Assembly: GCA_945870025.1 (NCBI GenBank)
Contig: CAMBQN010000003.1
Location: forward strand, 72,640 to 136,639
Direction of reading: 5' to 3'
From: Akkermansia muciniphila
Lineage (GTDB): Bacteria; Verrucomicrobiota; Kiritimatiellia; RFP12; JAAYNR01
DNA length: 64,000 nt
Of this stretch, positions 37,869 to 49,535 are shown piece after piece. Each line of letters begins with the position of its first letter. Position 1 is the stretch's first letter. The notes under the pieces are model-generated. The model did no database searches. It had not been told where the DNA came from and saw only the letters and a program-made list of their open reading frames with translations. Both the position numbers and the translations under genes were made by a program.

Positions 37869-39251
37869 ATGACAGGTAAAGAACTGATTTTGAAGGCGAT
37901 GAGGGGCGAGGCCACGCCGCGTCCGGCTTGGTTGCCGTTTGTGGGTTGTCACGGCGGCAAGTTGATCGGCAAGAGTGCCACGGAGTATCTCCAATCGTCG
38001 GCCTTGTTGGTCGAAGGACTCACGAAGGCGCGGGATCTCTATCGCCCAGACGGTCTGCCGATCGTCTTTGACTTGCAACTGGAGGCCGAAATCCTGGGGT
38101 GCCGGCTCCATTGGGCGGATGAGGTGCCGCCTTCGGTGGTCTCGCACCCGCTGGAAGAGGATATGGATCTGAGCAAGCTGCCGGCGCTGGACGGTGCCCG
38201 CGGGCGGCTGCCGCTCGTCATGTCCGCGCTGGAGACGCTGCGGGAACAGATGGGCGAGGAGGTGGCCCTCTATGGCCTGCTGTGCGGCCCGTTCACGCTG
38301 GCACTGCACCTGCGCGGGAATAATATCTTTCTCGATATGTTCGATACGCCGGATAAGGTTTTGGCGCTGACCGACTATTGTGCGGATATCGCCATCAAGA
38401 TGGCGAAGCTCTATCTCGACCGGGGGGCCAACGTCGTGGCCGTCGTCGATCCGATGACCAGCCAGATCTCGCCGGAGCATTTTGAGGAATTCGTGGCGCC
38501 GGCCATGAACAAGGTTTTCGACTGGATCCGGGCGCGCGGCGGACTCTCCTCCATCTTCGTGTGCGGCGACGTGTCGCGGAATCTGCAAGGGATGTGCCGG
38601 ACCCATGCCGATAATATCTGTGTGGATGAGCAGATCGCCATGCCGGAGCTGCGCCGCCTCTGCGAGGCGAGCGGCAAGTCGTTTGGCGGAAACATGAAGC
38701 TGACCTCGGTCCTGCTGCTGGGAAATGAGGATGACGCCCGCCGCGAGGCGGTCGAGATCATGGACGCCAGCGGCAGCAAGGGGTTCCTGCTGGCACCAGG
38801 GTGTGACCTCCCCTACCACACGCCGGCCGCGAATCTGGTGGCTGTGGCTCAAGTGGTGCACGACGAGTACGCCCGCAGGATCGCGCGCGAGACGAAGGCT
38901 GGCAAGGCCGATGCATTCGATGATGTCCATGTGCCGCACTACCAGCAGCACAAGGAAGTCATTATCGACGTGATCACGCTGGACTCGACCTCGTGCGCCC
39001 CCTGTCAGTACATGATGGAAGCCGTGGAGAAGGCCGCGGCCAAGGCGTTCGTGAAGGTCTATATCAACGAGCACAAGATCAAGGCTCGCGCGGGGCTCGG
39101 GATGATGAAGAAGCTGGGCGTGCGCAACCTGCCAACGATCTGCATTGACGGCGAGATCGTCTTCGCGTCGATCATCCCGGACCTGAAGACGCTGATCAAG
39201 GCGATCGAGGCGCGCGCCATTGCCAAGAACATTGCGGGGTTGGCCAGTTGA
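37869..39251 (+). CDS. uroporphyrinogen-decarboxylase-family (MtaA/CmuA-like) protein with C-terminal thioredoxin-like CxxC domain
   Basis: The N-terminal roughly 340 aa have a URO-D-family pattern (RPAWLPFVGCHG...LCGPFTLA...DPMTSQISPEHF...LAPGCDLPY). The C-terminus VITLDSTSCAPCQYMMEAVEKA...LPTICIDGEIVF is a glutaredoxin/thioredoxin-like fold. Confidence 0.65.
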   Translation: MTGKELILKAMRGEATPRPAWLPFVGCHGGKLIGKSATEYLQSSALLVEGLTKARDLYRPDGLPIVFDLQLEAEILGCRLHWADEVPPSVVSHPLEEDMDLSKLPALDGARGRLPLVMSALETLREQMGEEVALYGLLCGPFTLALHLRGNNIFLDMFDTPDKVLALTDYCADIAIKMAKLYLDRGANVVAVVDPMTSQISPEHFEEFVAPAMNKVFDWIRARGGLSSIFVCGDVSRNLQGMCRTHADNICVDEQIAMPELRRLCEASGKSFGGNMKLTSVLLLGNEDDARREAVEIMDASGSKGFLLAPGCDLPYHTPAANLVAVAQVVHDEYARRIARETKAGKADAFDDVHVPHYQQHKEVIIDVITLDSTSCAPCQYMMEAVEKAAAKAFVKVYINEHKIKARAGLGMMKKLGVRNLPTICIDGEIVFASIIPDLKTLIKAIEARAIAKNIAGLAS

Positions 39252-40159
39252 TCCCGATCTGTCTGGTCACGGGTTTCCTGGGCAGCGGCAAGACCACGTT
39301 CCTGCGGCACATCGCGACGGTACAGGCCGCCCGGCGATGGGTCTATCTGGTTAATGAGTTTTCGCCCAAGGATATTGACGGCGCGCGGATCTCGGCCACG
39401 GCCCCCGACGTGATCTGCGTCCCCGGCGGCAGCATCTTCTGCCGCTGTCTGGTGACGGAGTTCATTGCGCGGTTGCAGGAGATCCCGCGCCGGTTCGGGG
39501 CGGTCGAGGGCGTGGTCATCGAGGCCAGCGGCATGGCCAACCCAAAGGTCATGGCCACCCTGCTCCGGGAGACCCGGCTGGATCAGCAATACCGGCTGGC
39601 AACGGTGCTGGCCGTGGTCGATCCGGGCAGCTTTGGCAAGCTGCGGCGCACGCTGCCCACTATCGTGGCTCAGGTCGAGGCCGCAGACCTTGCGCTCATC
39701 AACAAAACGGACCTCTTCCCGCCGGAGAGTGTGGCCGCCCTGGCGGCAGAATTGCAGTCGCTCAACACGGGACTGAAGATCATGACCTGTGTGCGGGGGG
39801 CGGTGGAGCCGGACCTGTTCGGGAACCGGGAGACCGCGCGCCCGGACGGGGGTGAATATGCCCTCTGCCGCGATCCGCTGTTCGAAACGGTCACCCTTCC
39901 CGTACGCCGCGTGCTGGAGCCGGCCGTGCTGGCCAGCCGCCTGCACGCCGTGGCAGACGAGCTCTATCGGCTGAAGGGGTATGTGCAGACCGCATCCGGG
40001 CTGTTCTATGTGGACTACACTCAGGCGGGTTTCAACGCCACACCTGTCACCCCGGGACCGGAGCCGGTGGTGGTGCTGATTCACCGGGGGAGCCCCTCGC
40101 CGCAGATGAAGCAGTTTGTTGCCTGGCTGAGAGAAGGCTCATCCCTTGGCGCCCTTTGA
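39248..40159 (+). CDS. CobW/G3E-family GTPase metallochaperone
   Basis: P-loop ICLVTGFLGSGKTTFL, CxCC-like region GGSIFCRCL, and switch/NKxD LINKTD. The last 10 codons lie inside a repeat motif (see the repeat at 40125). Confidence 0.8.
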   Translation: MIPICLVTGFLGSGKTTFLRHIATVQAARRWVYLVNEFSPKDIDGARISATAPDVICVPGGSIFCRCLVTEFIARLQEIPRRFGAVEGVVIEASGMANPKVMATLLRETRLDQQYRLATVLAVVDPGSFGKLRRTLPTIVAQVEAADLALINKTDLFPPESVAALAAELQSLNTGLKIMTCVRGAVEPDLFGNRETARPDGGEYALCRDPLFETVTLPVRRVLEPAVLASRLHAVADELYRLKGYVQTASGLFYVDYTQAGFNATPVTPGPEPVVVLIHRGSPSPQMKQFVAWLREGSSLGAL

Positions 40160-40336
40160 TCGCAACACTTACACGGTTACACTTACACGTTCACACTTAC
40201 ACGTTCACACTTACACGTTCACACTTACACGGTTACACTTACACGAACCCGCTTAGACGTGTAAGACAAGCGTGTAAGGGTAAACGATTAAGACAAGCGG
40301 TTAAGAGGCTGAGAGAAGGCTCGTCCCTTGGCGCCC
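40125..40336. repeat. CTTACACG-type hairpin insert bounded by 30-bp direct repeats
   Basis: GGCTGAGAGAAGGCTCATCCCTTGGCGCCC (40125-40154) and GGCTGAGAGAAGGCTCGTCCCTTGGCGCCC (40307-40336) differ by 1 mismatch. Between them are 6 tandem CACTTACACG(G)TT units (40166-40245) and a partly complementary arm containing CGTGTAAG twice (40253-40305). Confidence 0.8.
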
Positions 40337-40403
40337 GGTTTCATCCGTGGATACACGGACGGCATACCGGTGAAACCCCTGAATGACGCAAATAAAAAGT
40401 TGT

Positions 40404-40472
40404 GAGCGAATGTTCGTTCCGCCGTCCGTGTATTCACGGGGGAGGCGGACGAAACATTCGCTGATTTTTTTT
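40404..40472 (+). terminator. Rho-independent terminator candidate
   Basis: Long stem GAGCGAATGTTCGTTCCGCC ... GGCGGACGAAACATTCGCT, followed by GATTTTTTTTG. It sits between the CobW unit and the ptsN-atp unit. Confidence 0.6.
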
Positions 40473-40601
40473 GCTGGATTTGCTGTTGACGCGCAATGGC
40501 CGGAGGTATAAACTCGATCTTTCATTTTCTTCCGCAGTTCCGCAGTCGATGTGCGGCTGGCGGATCCGGTGTGCAATCGGCGCCTTTTCGGGAGGATGCC
40601 C

Positions 40602-41066
40602 ATGGCCAATGATGTCTTAAAGAGCGGACTGGATATTGCCTGCATCAAACTTGAGTTGAACGCGTCCGGCCGGGATGAGGCCATTCGCGAGCTGGTTGGT
40701 CTGGTTCACGCCAAACATCGTTTGCGCAATGTGGAAGACGTCGTGAACGTGGTGATGGTGCGCGAGCAGAAGATGGGCACCAGCCTGGAAAACGGCATCG
40801 CGGTGCCTCACGGGAAGTCCGACTCGATTGACCGGCTTCTGGTGGCGGTCGGATTGAAGCGGAAGGGTATTGATTTCAAAAGCTCGGATGGCCAGCCGGC
40901 AAAAATTATTATTTTGATCCTGTCGGCGGCGTCGCAGTCCGGCACGCATGTGCGCTGTCTGGCTGAGATCGGACGGCTGCTGCAATCGGATGCCAACCGT
41001 CAGAAGATTCTGGCGGCAAAGGATGCCGAAACCGTCTTCAAGATCATGACAGACACGGCCTTATAA
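40602..41066 (+). CDS. ptsN: PTS EIIA type-2 (PtsN / EIIA-Ntr-like) protein
   Basis: 154 aa. KLELNASGRDEAIRELV...REQKMGTSLENGIAVPHGK (active-site His context)...AKIIILILSA. ATG 40602. Stops 3 nt before atpB. Confidence 0.8.
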   Translation: MANDVLKSGLDIACIKLELNASGRDEAIRELVGLVHAKHRLRNVEDVVNVVMVREQKMGTSLENGIAVPHGKSDSIDRLLVAVGLKRKGIDFKSSDGQPAKIIILILSAASQSGTHVRCLAEIGRLLQSDANRQKILAAKDAETVFKIMTDTAL

Positions 41067-41069
41067 CCC

Positions 41070-41903
41070 ATGCAACTATCTGCCCAGGCGCTGGAAGTGT
41101 TCTCGATCGGCCGCATGCCGGTCACCAATTCCATGATAACCGGCTGGCTGGCCGCGCTGGTTCTCGTCGGACTCTCGGTCCGTTTTCGCCAGCAGGTGCG
41201 CGCCGGCCGGCATACGCTGTTTACCGGCAGCGTCGAATCGCTGGTTATTTTTGTGCATGATTTCCTGGCCGACATCATGGGCGAGAAGTTGGCGAAAAAG
41301 ACGTTCTGGTTGCTGGGTTCCTTCTTCGTCTACATTCTTTGCTCAAATTGGCTGGGGCTATTTCCGGGCATTGGCAGCATCGGCTGGGGGCACTCAACCG
41401 AACACACGTTCCATGTCGCGCTTCCCCTGTTTCGCGGGGTGAACGCCGACCTGAACACCACGCTGGCGCTGGGCGCGCTGTTCTTCTTGTTCTGGTTCAT
41501 CTGGGCATGGAAGGAGAATGGGCCGGTCGGCATACTGAAACATATTTTTGCGCCCAAGGGCGATATGAAGGGCGTCATGTACGTTGCGATGGCGGTGGTA
41601 TTTCTGGCCATCGGCTTTCTGGAGATCTTCTCCATGCTCATCCGTCCCTTTTCGCTGGCGTTGCGGCTGTACGGCAATATTTTTGCGGGAGAGGTGATGA
41701 TGGAGACCATGCTGCATAAGAGTCCCCTGCTCGGCTGGCTGCTGCCGGTTCCATTTTATCTGATGGAAGTGCTGGTCGGATTGATCCAGGCATTTGTCTT
41801 CACGCTGCTGTCCGCCGTCTTCGTCATGTTGATGTGCCTTCACGAGGAAGGTTCAGATGAGCTTCCGGCGCACGGAACAGATGCGGGTGTAAACCATCAT
41901 TAA
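41070..41903 (+). CDS. atpB: F-type ATP synthase subunit a
   Basis: 277 aa polytopic membrane protein with the conserved LALRLYGNIFAGE (essential Arg) helix. Confidence 0.9.
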   Translation: MQLSAQALEVFSIGRMPVTNSMITGWLAALVLVGLSVRFRQQVRAGRHTLFTGSVESLVIFVHDFLADIMGEKLAKKTFWLLGSFFVYILCSNWLGLFPGIGSIGWGHSTEHTFHVALPLFRGVNADLNTTLALGALFFLFWFIWAWKENGPVGILKHIFAPKGDMKGVMYVAMAVVFLAIGFLEIFSMLIRPFSLALRLYGNIFAGEVMMETMLHKSPLLGWLLPVPFYLMEVLVGLIQAFVFTLLSAVFVMLMCLHEEGSDELPAHGTDAGVNHH

Positions 41904-41923
41904 CCAAAAAAGGAGAGAAGAAC

Positions 41924-42109
41924 ATGAATCCATCCATGCATATCGGCGTTGCGGCCGCTGCGGCCGCCATCAGTGTTGGACTTATCGGCTACGGCGCTGT
42001 AATGGCGGTGGGACGTAATCCCGGCGCGAGCGCTAAAATTCTGGTGCAGTCCATTTTAGCCATCGCCTTTGCTGAAGCCATCGTGTTTTACGTTATTTTC
42101 CTGAAATAG
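41924..42109 (+). CDS. atpE: F-type ATP synthase subunit c
   Basis: 61-aa hairpin. Loop GRNPGA and ion-binding carboxylate in AFAEAIVFY. Confidence 0.9.
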   Translation: MNPSMHIGVAAAAAAISVGLIGYGAVMAVGRNPGASAKILVQSILAIAFAEAIVFYVIFLK

Positions 42110-42130
42110 ACACAGGACAGACGGAACACT

Positions 42131-42673
42131 ATGAGCACACGGTTTATTCTGGCGGCCTTCGAAAACCCGCTTCTGCAATTCGGCGTCAACGGGTATGACC
42201 TCGTTTCCCAAGCCATTGCCTTCCTGATCCTCGCCTGGATCTTGAACACGTTTGTGTTCAAGACCGTGATGAAGACGGTGGCCGACCGGCGAAGGGAGGC
42301 GGAGGAAGCCGCGGCTAATCAGGAGCAGATACGCCGCGAACTTCTGGCGATGGAGGCGGCGCGCCAGGAGATGATGCATACAACCCGGGAGCAGGCGGAG
42401 CGGGTTATTTCGGCGGCGAAAGCCAGCGCGGCGGAACTGCTGAATCAGGAGCGGAACCGATGCGAGCTACTGGGCACCGAGATGCTCGCCAAGGCGCGCG
42501 CGGACGTGCTGCTGGATCAGGCGCGCATCAAGACCGAGCTAAAAACCGAGATTGCAACGATGGTCGTGAATCTTACCGCCAAACTGGTGCAAACGAATCT
42601 GACTGCGGCAGACCGCGAACGGCTCACGCAATCGGCCCTTCACGCCATCGCCGCTGCGCCCGTGCAGAAATAA
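42131..42673 (+). CDS. atpF: F-type ATP synthase subunit b
   Basis: N-terminal TM helix followed by a long charged helix (RRREAEEAAANQEQIRRELL...). Position in the operon supports the call. Confidence 0.85.
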   Translation: MSTRFILAAFENPLLQFGVNGYDLVSQAIAFLILAWILNTFVFKTVMKTVADRRREAEEAAANQEQIRRELLAMEAARQEMMHTTREQAERVISAAKASAAELLNQERNRCELLGTEMLAKARADVLLDQARIKTELKTEIATMVVNLTAKLVQTNLTAADRERLTQSALHAIAAAPVQK

Positions 42674-42679
42674 TTGGTT

Positions 42680-43081
42680 ATGAAACTGACCCGCCAACAC
42701 CATCGCGAAGCCCGCCTGCTTTGGCAGACGGTTACCGTGAGCGGCGTGCCTGACGTGAACCGGATCAGGGAAGCAATCCGGACGATACAGCAACAGGAAG
42801 GGCGGGGCGCCGAGGCCGTGCTACGGTGCTTTTCGCAACGGCTGAACGTTTATATTCGCGAACACCAGATCGGCGTGGTCAGCGCGGATCTTCTTCCGGT
42901 CCGGCAACAGGAGCAGATTGCCGAGCGGTTCCGCGAGACGGAATCGGTGAAAGCCGGGATCCATTTTACGGTAGATCCGGGCGTCATCGGCGGGCTGCGG
43001 ATTGAAGAGGGGTATCACGTGACGGATCTAACGATTACACGGCAACTGGAAATTCTGAAGGCCGAGTTGTTAAAAGATTGA
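42680..43081 (+). CDS. atpH: F-type ATP synthase subunit delta (short form)
   Basis: The C-terminal FTVDPGVIGGLRIEEGYHVTDLTITRQLEILK matches the OSCP/delta C-terminus. Only about 133 aa. The start could also be TTG 42674. Confidence 0.75.
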   Translation: MKLTRQHHREARLLWQTVTVSGVPDVNRIREAIRTIQQQEGRGAEAVLRCFSQRLNVYIREHQIGVVSADLLPVRQQEQIAERFRETESVKAGIHFTVDPGVIGGLRIEEGYHVTDLTITRQLEILKAELLKD

Positions 43082-43112
43082 ATTTCTGATCAGAAAGGCT
43101 GGTCGACGCATT

Positions 43113-44642
43113 ATGCAATCCATCGTGGCGGATATCGAGCGGACCCTGGCGAACTTTCATCCGGAAGCGCAGAGCGAGGAAACGGGCAAGGTCATGGAGG
43201 TGGGCGACGGCGTGGCCCGGATTGAAGGATTGCGCAACATCCGGCTGAACGAAATGATCGATTTCGGCAACGGCGTAATCGGTCTCGCGCTGAATCTTGA
43301 GGAGAACAGCATCGGCGCGGTCGTGTTGAGCGGTGCCGAAACCGTGCGCGAGGGGCAAACCGTCCGTTCAACCGGCCGGCTGCTTGAAATTCCCTGCGGA
43401 CGCGCGATGCTGGGCCGCGTGGTCGATCCGCTCGGCCGGCCGTTGGACGGCAAAGGCCCCATTGAGACGACGGAGGTGAATCCGGTCGAGCGCGCGGCTC
43501 CCGGGATCATCGGGCGTCAGTCGGTTGCCGCGCCGCTGCAAACCGGAATTCTGGCCATTGACGCGGTCATACCGATTGGACGAGGCCAGCGCGAACTGAT
43601 CATCGGCGACCGCTCAACCGGCAAGACGACGATCGCGGTAGACACGATCATCAATCAGGCGCGGCTGAATCACGAGGCCGAAATCGCCGTTGACACCAAC
43701 GCCTGTCCGGTGTATTCCGTCTATGTCGCGATCGGACAGCGGCAGTCGAGCGTGGCCCAAGTGATACGCGTGCTGGAGGAGCAAGGCGCGTTGAAATACA
43801 CCGTGATCGTGGCGGCCACGGCGTCTGATTCGGCGGCGATGCAATACCTGGCGCCGTTCAGTGGCACGGCCATCGGCGAATGGTTCATGGATCACGGTAT
43901 GGATGCGTTGGTGGTCTATGACGACCTCTCCAAACATGCGGTGGCCTACCGGCAGATGTCGCTGGTGTTGCGCCGGCCTTCCGGACGCGAAGCGTATCCG
44001 GGCGACATCTTCTATCTGCATAGCCGACTGCTGGAACGCTCGGCCTGCATGTCCAAAGCCTGCGGCGGTGGGACGCTCACCTCGCTGCCGATCATTGAAA
44101 CGCAGACCGGCGACGTGGCCGCCTATATTCCAACCAATGTGATCTCCATCACCGACGGGCAGATTTACCTGGAGAGCGACCTGTTCCATCAGGGGATACG
44201 GCCCGCCCTGTCGATTGGCATTTCCGTGTCGCGCGTCGGCTCTGCGGCCCAGACCAAGGCCATGAAGGAAGTGGCCGGCAAGGTCAAATTGGAACTGGCG
44301 CAATATTACGAGCTGAAAGAATTCGCGCAGTTCGGATCGGATCTGGATTCCAAGACCGTCGCGATGATCGAGCATGGCCGGCGCATCACCGAATTATTCA
44401 AGCAGGTTCAATACAGCCCCTTCTCGATGGAGGAGGAGGTGGTTCAGTTGTGGGCCGCCCAGCAGGGATTCTTTGAAAGCACGCCCGTGGAAAAAACGCG
44501 CGAGGTCCGATCTAATTTCCTCGATTTCATCCGGATGCGCCGCAAGGAACTGCTGCTGGACATTGCGCGGGAGAAACGGCTGACGCCGGAAATCCGGAAG
44601 GCCCTCGAGGACGCAGTCACCGAATATCAAGGTCTTAACTGA
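43113..44642 (+). CDS. atpA: F-type ATP synthase subunit alpha
   Basis: Walker A GDRSTGKT. 509 aa with typical alpha signatures ([41 protein letters not shown]-like). Confidence 0.97.
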   Translation: [509 protein letters not shown]

Positions 44643-44651
44643 CGGACAGCC

Positions 44652-45548
44652 ATGGCGACTTTACGCGACATACGCCGCCGCATCAAGGCGATTCAATCCA
44701 TGGCCAAGATCACCAAGGCCATGCAGATGGTGTCGATCTCAAAAATGAAGCGCGCCCAGCACGCGGCGTTGCTCGGCATTCCCTACGCCGACATGCTCAA
44801 CGAGATTCTGACCCAGGCCACTCAATATGTCGGCGAGTACCGGCACGGACTGATGGAAAACCGGAACGGCACCCGCAAGCTGATCATCCTGGTCGGCACG
44901 GATCGCGGATTGTGCGGTTCGCTGAACAGCAACATTTTTCGTGAAGTCGCCAAATATGACCGGGACGCCACGCTGTTTGTCACGATCGGGGCCAAAGCGG
45001 CACAATTCGTGCAGAAAACCGGGCGGTTGCTGATTGTCGACTTTAACTACAGCGATCAGCCGAAACTTTCCGAGGCGCGGATGGTCGGCCGGTTCGTGAC
45101 GCAGCTTTTCATGGATGATGAGATCGACAGCGCCGACATTGTGTTCAGCGATTATGTTTCCACCTTCAAGCAGATTCCGCTGACCTGGCGCTTCCTGCCT
45201 GCGGGGCAATCACAAGAGTTTTTCGACCTGATGCCCGAGGCGCTGAAACGCACGAAAATTGCCGAAATGCAGAAGGGTGGCAATGACATCGTTGAATTCG
45301 AATTCGAACCTGCTATCAACACGGTCTATGAATCGCTTCTGTTGCGCAGTCTGGATTACCAGCTTCTCCAGATCATGCGCGAGGTCCGCGCGAGCGAACA
45401 CAGCGCGCGCATGGTGTCGATGAAACAGGCAACGGACAACGCGCGGGACATGAACAGCGCCTTGCAATTGGTGCATAACAATCTGCGTCAGGCATCCATC
45501 ACGAAGGAACTCTTGGAAATCGGCAGCGCCGCCGGAATGGACGGATAG
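44652..45548 (+). CDS. atpG: F-type ATP synthase subunit gamma
   Basis: MATLRDIRRRIKAIQSMAKITKAMQMVS N-terminus and C-terminal ITKELLEI. 298 aa. Confidence 0.95.
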   Translation: MATLRDIRRRIKAIQSMAKITKAMQMVSISKMKRAQHAALLGIPYADMLNEILTQATQYVGEYRHGLMENRNGTRKLIILVGTDRGLCGSLNSNIFREVAKYDRDATLFVTIGAKAAQFVQKTGRLLIVDFNYSDQPKLSEARMVGRFVTQLFMDDEIDSADIVFSDYVSTFKQIPLTWRFLPAGQSQEFFDLMPEALKRTKIAEMQKGGNDIVEFEFEPAINTVYESLLLRSLDYQLLQIMREVRASEHSARMVSMKQATDNARDMNSALQLVHNNLRQASITKELLEIGSAAGMDG

Positions 45549-45584
45549 CCGGACGGCAGGGTTGGACAACACAGTCAGGTTTGA

Positions 45585-47296
<1,712 letters not shown>

Positions 47297-47306
47297 AGGC
47301 GCTGGC

Positions 47307-49535
47307 CTATTCTACGACGATGCGGATGCGATCACTGACGCCGCGGGCGGTGCTGCAGACGATCTGGTGCGCACCGCGTTCCAGGGGCCAGAAGAGGGTC
47401 TCGCCCGCACGCGACACCCCGACGGGCCGGTCATTCACGAACCAGTGCAGCGGTTCACCCGGTTCCGGACCGGTCACAGTAAGCGGAACCCGCTGCGCTC
47501 CGGCCTCCAGGTCGCTCATCCAGCGGAAGGTGCTGTCCCGCGCCGGTGTAAGGATTCGCAGCGATCCCGCCGCCTGCGCGACCAGCGGCGCCGCATTCGT
47601 GGCCTGACCGGTCTGGCCGCCGTGCCCCGCGCACGGTTCGCACCGGGTCACCCGCTCAATCGACCAGTCCTCCGCGCCCGGCGGGCAATGCGGCCCCGGC
47701 GGACGCCCGCTGACCGCGCACGTCAGCCGCGCCGTCACGCCCGCCGGCCGCTCGTACCAGGGGCTTTGGTTGTCCGGATAGAGGCTTCGAAACAAATCCC
47801 ACGCGATCGGCGTCGCCGCCGTCCGCCCGATTAACTGGTCCGACCCCGCGCCGTCCGGCCGCCCCACCCAGACGCCGATCACCACGTCGGGATTGTATGC
47901 CACCGCCCACGCATCGCGCAGCCCCGCCGAGGTGCCGGTCTTCCATGCCATGCGCGGCAGCCGCACATCGGCCGCATGCCCGGTCGTGTCCATGGCACGC
48001 TCGTCCCCGCTCAAGATCTCCGCCAAGATCCAGCACGCCTCTTGAGAAAACACCCGCTGCCCGGTCGCCGCCCGGTCGTCGCCCTCCAGCACCCGCACGG
48101 GAGCATACACCCCGCCGCGCGCCAGACAGGCGTACGCATTGGCCAGATCGAGCAGCCGCACCTCTCCGTTGCCCAAGACCAAGCCCAGCCCGTACTGGTC
48201 CGCCGGTCGGGACAGGGTCGCCAGGCCCAGCCTCTTCAATGTGTCGTAAAACGGCACCTGCCCCACCTGTCTGACAACCTCAATGGCGGGCATGTTCAAC
48301 GACAGCACCAGCGCGTCGCGCACCGTGACCCGCCCGCGGAACAGCGGATCAAAATTCTGCGGATCATAATCGCGGAAGCGCGCGGGCACATCGGTCAGCA
48401 CCGATCCGGGCGTGAGCCACCCACGGTCTAGGGCCAGGGCGTACGCAAACGGCTTCAGAGTGGACCCGGCGGACCGCGCGGCCAGCGCGCCATTCACCTG
48501 CCCTGCCGGCTGCGCCGCGTATTCAGGCGAACCCACCATCGCCCGCACCGCGCCCGTCCGAACCTCTAGCATCACGACGGCCCCACCATGCACCGCGCCG
48601 TCGCGCAAATGCCGCCGCAAGATCTCCCCGGCCCGCTGCTGCCACACGGGGTCCAGCGTCGTGCGCACCACGCCCTGCGCATCGACGCTCGCGCCCGCCC
48701 CCACCCATTCGGTGAAGTGCGGCGCGTCGAACGGATAGGGTGATTGACGCGCCACAACCGGCTGCGCCAGCGCCTCTGTCTCCTGCGCCGCCGTGATGTA
48801 CCCGCACGCCCGCATCCGCGCCAGCACATACGCCTGCCTCTTTTTGGCCCGGCCGGGATGGCGATCCGGCCGGCCGCGCGACGGCGATTGCGGCACGCCC
48901 GCCAGCAGCGCCGCCTCGGCCAGACTGAGGTCGGCGGGCCGCTTACCGAAATAGCGCCAGGAGGCCGCCTCGATACCGACGATGTTCCCGCCGAACGGCG
49001 CGCGGTTCAAGTACTGCGCCAGGATCGTCCGCTTGTCGTAGCGCTGCTCCATCTGCAGCGCGCGAAACGCCTCGACCGCCTTGGCTCTCCATCGCCGTGG
49101 ACGCGGCTCCACCAGCCGGATGACTTGCGTGGACACCGTCGAGGCTCCCGACACCGTGCGCCCGGCGGAGACATTCTGCGCCAGCGCGCGCGCCACCGCC
49201 CGGAGGTCCACGCCGCCATGCGACCAAAACCGCCGGTCCTCCGCGGCGACCAGCGCCTGCACCACCCAGTGCGACGGATCGGGCCGATACGAGGGGCGGC
49301 AATCGATGTCCCCCTCGCCCAGCCACACGCGCAGGGGCTGCCCCAACCGGTCTGTCAACACCACCGACGCCGGGTAGTGAGCCATGGCCTGGTCGGGGAA
49401 CGGCACGAGGCGCACCGCCAGCCACGCCACCGCGCACACCGCCGCGCCCGCGCCCAGAATCGCGCCCACCCGCCTCCGCCACCGACGGGGCAGGTGTCCC
49501 GCAAGCCGGGCCGCTCGATGGAGTCCCTTGTTCAC
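47307..49535 (-). CDS. pbpC: penicillin-binding protein 1C
   Basis: GT51 motif EDRRFWSHGGVD, transpeptidase SxxK (SAGSTLKP), and a C-terminal PBP1C-type beta domain. Encoded immediately downstream of alpha-2-macroglobulin with an ATGA overlap. Confidence 0.9.
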   Translation of the reverse strand: MNKGLHRAARLAGHLPRRWRRRVGAILGAGAAVCAVAWLAVRLVPFPDQAMAHYPASVVLTDRLGQPLRVWLGEGDIDCRPSYRPDPSHWVVQALVAAEDRRFWSHGGVDLRAVARALAQNVSAGRTVSGASTVSTQVIRLVEPRPRRWRAKAVEAFRALQMEQRYDKRTILAQYLNRAPFGGNIVGIEAASWRYFGKRPADLSLAEAALLAGVPQSPSRGRPDRHPGRAKKRQAYVLARMRACGYITAAQETEALAQPVVARQSPYPFDAPHFTEWVGAGASVDAQGVVRTTLDPVWQQRAGEILRRHLRDGAVHGGAVVMLEVRTGAVRAMVGSPEYAAQPAGQVNGALAARSAGSTLKPFAYALALDRGWLTPGSVLTDVPARFRDYDPQNFDPLFRGRVTVRDALVLSLNMPAIEVVRQVGQVPFYDTLKRLGLATLSRPADQYGLGLVLGNGEVRLLDLANAYACLARGGVYAPVRVLEGDDRAATGQRVFSQEACWILAEILSGDERAMDTTGHAADVRLPRMAWKTGTSAGLRDAWAVAYNPDVVIGVWVGRPDGAGSDQLIGRTAATPIAWDLFRSLYPDNQSPWYERPAGVTARLTCAVSGRPPGPHCPPGAEDWSIERVTRCEPCAGHGGQTGQATNAAPLVAQAAGSLRILTPARDSTFRWMSDLEAGAQRVPLTVTGPEPGEPLHWFVNDRPVGVSRAGETLFWPLERGAHQIVCSTARGVSDRIRIVVE

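Noticed and set aside
41924-42109. Possibility that the c-subunit specifies a Na+-translocating ATPase.
   Set aside because: The ion-binding helix reads AFAEAIVFY (Glu followed by Ala). It lacks the Ser/Thr after the carboxylate that is typical of Na+ sites. A proton-coupled enzyme is assumed.
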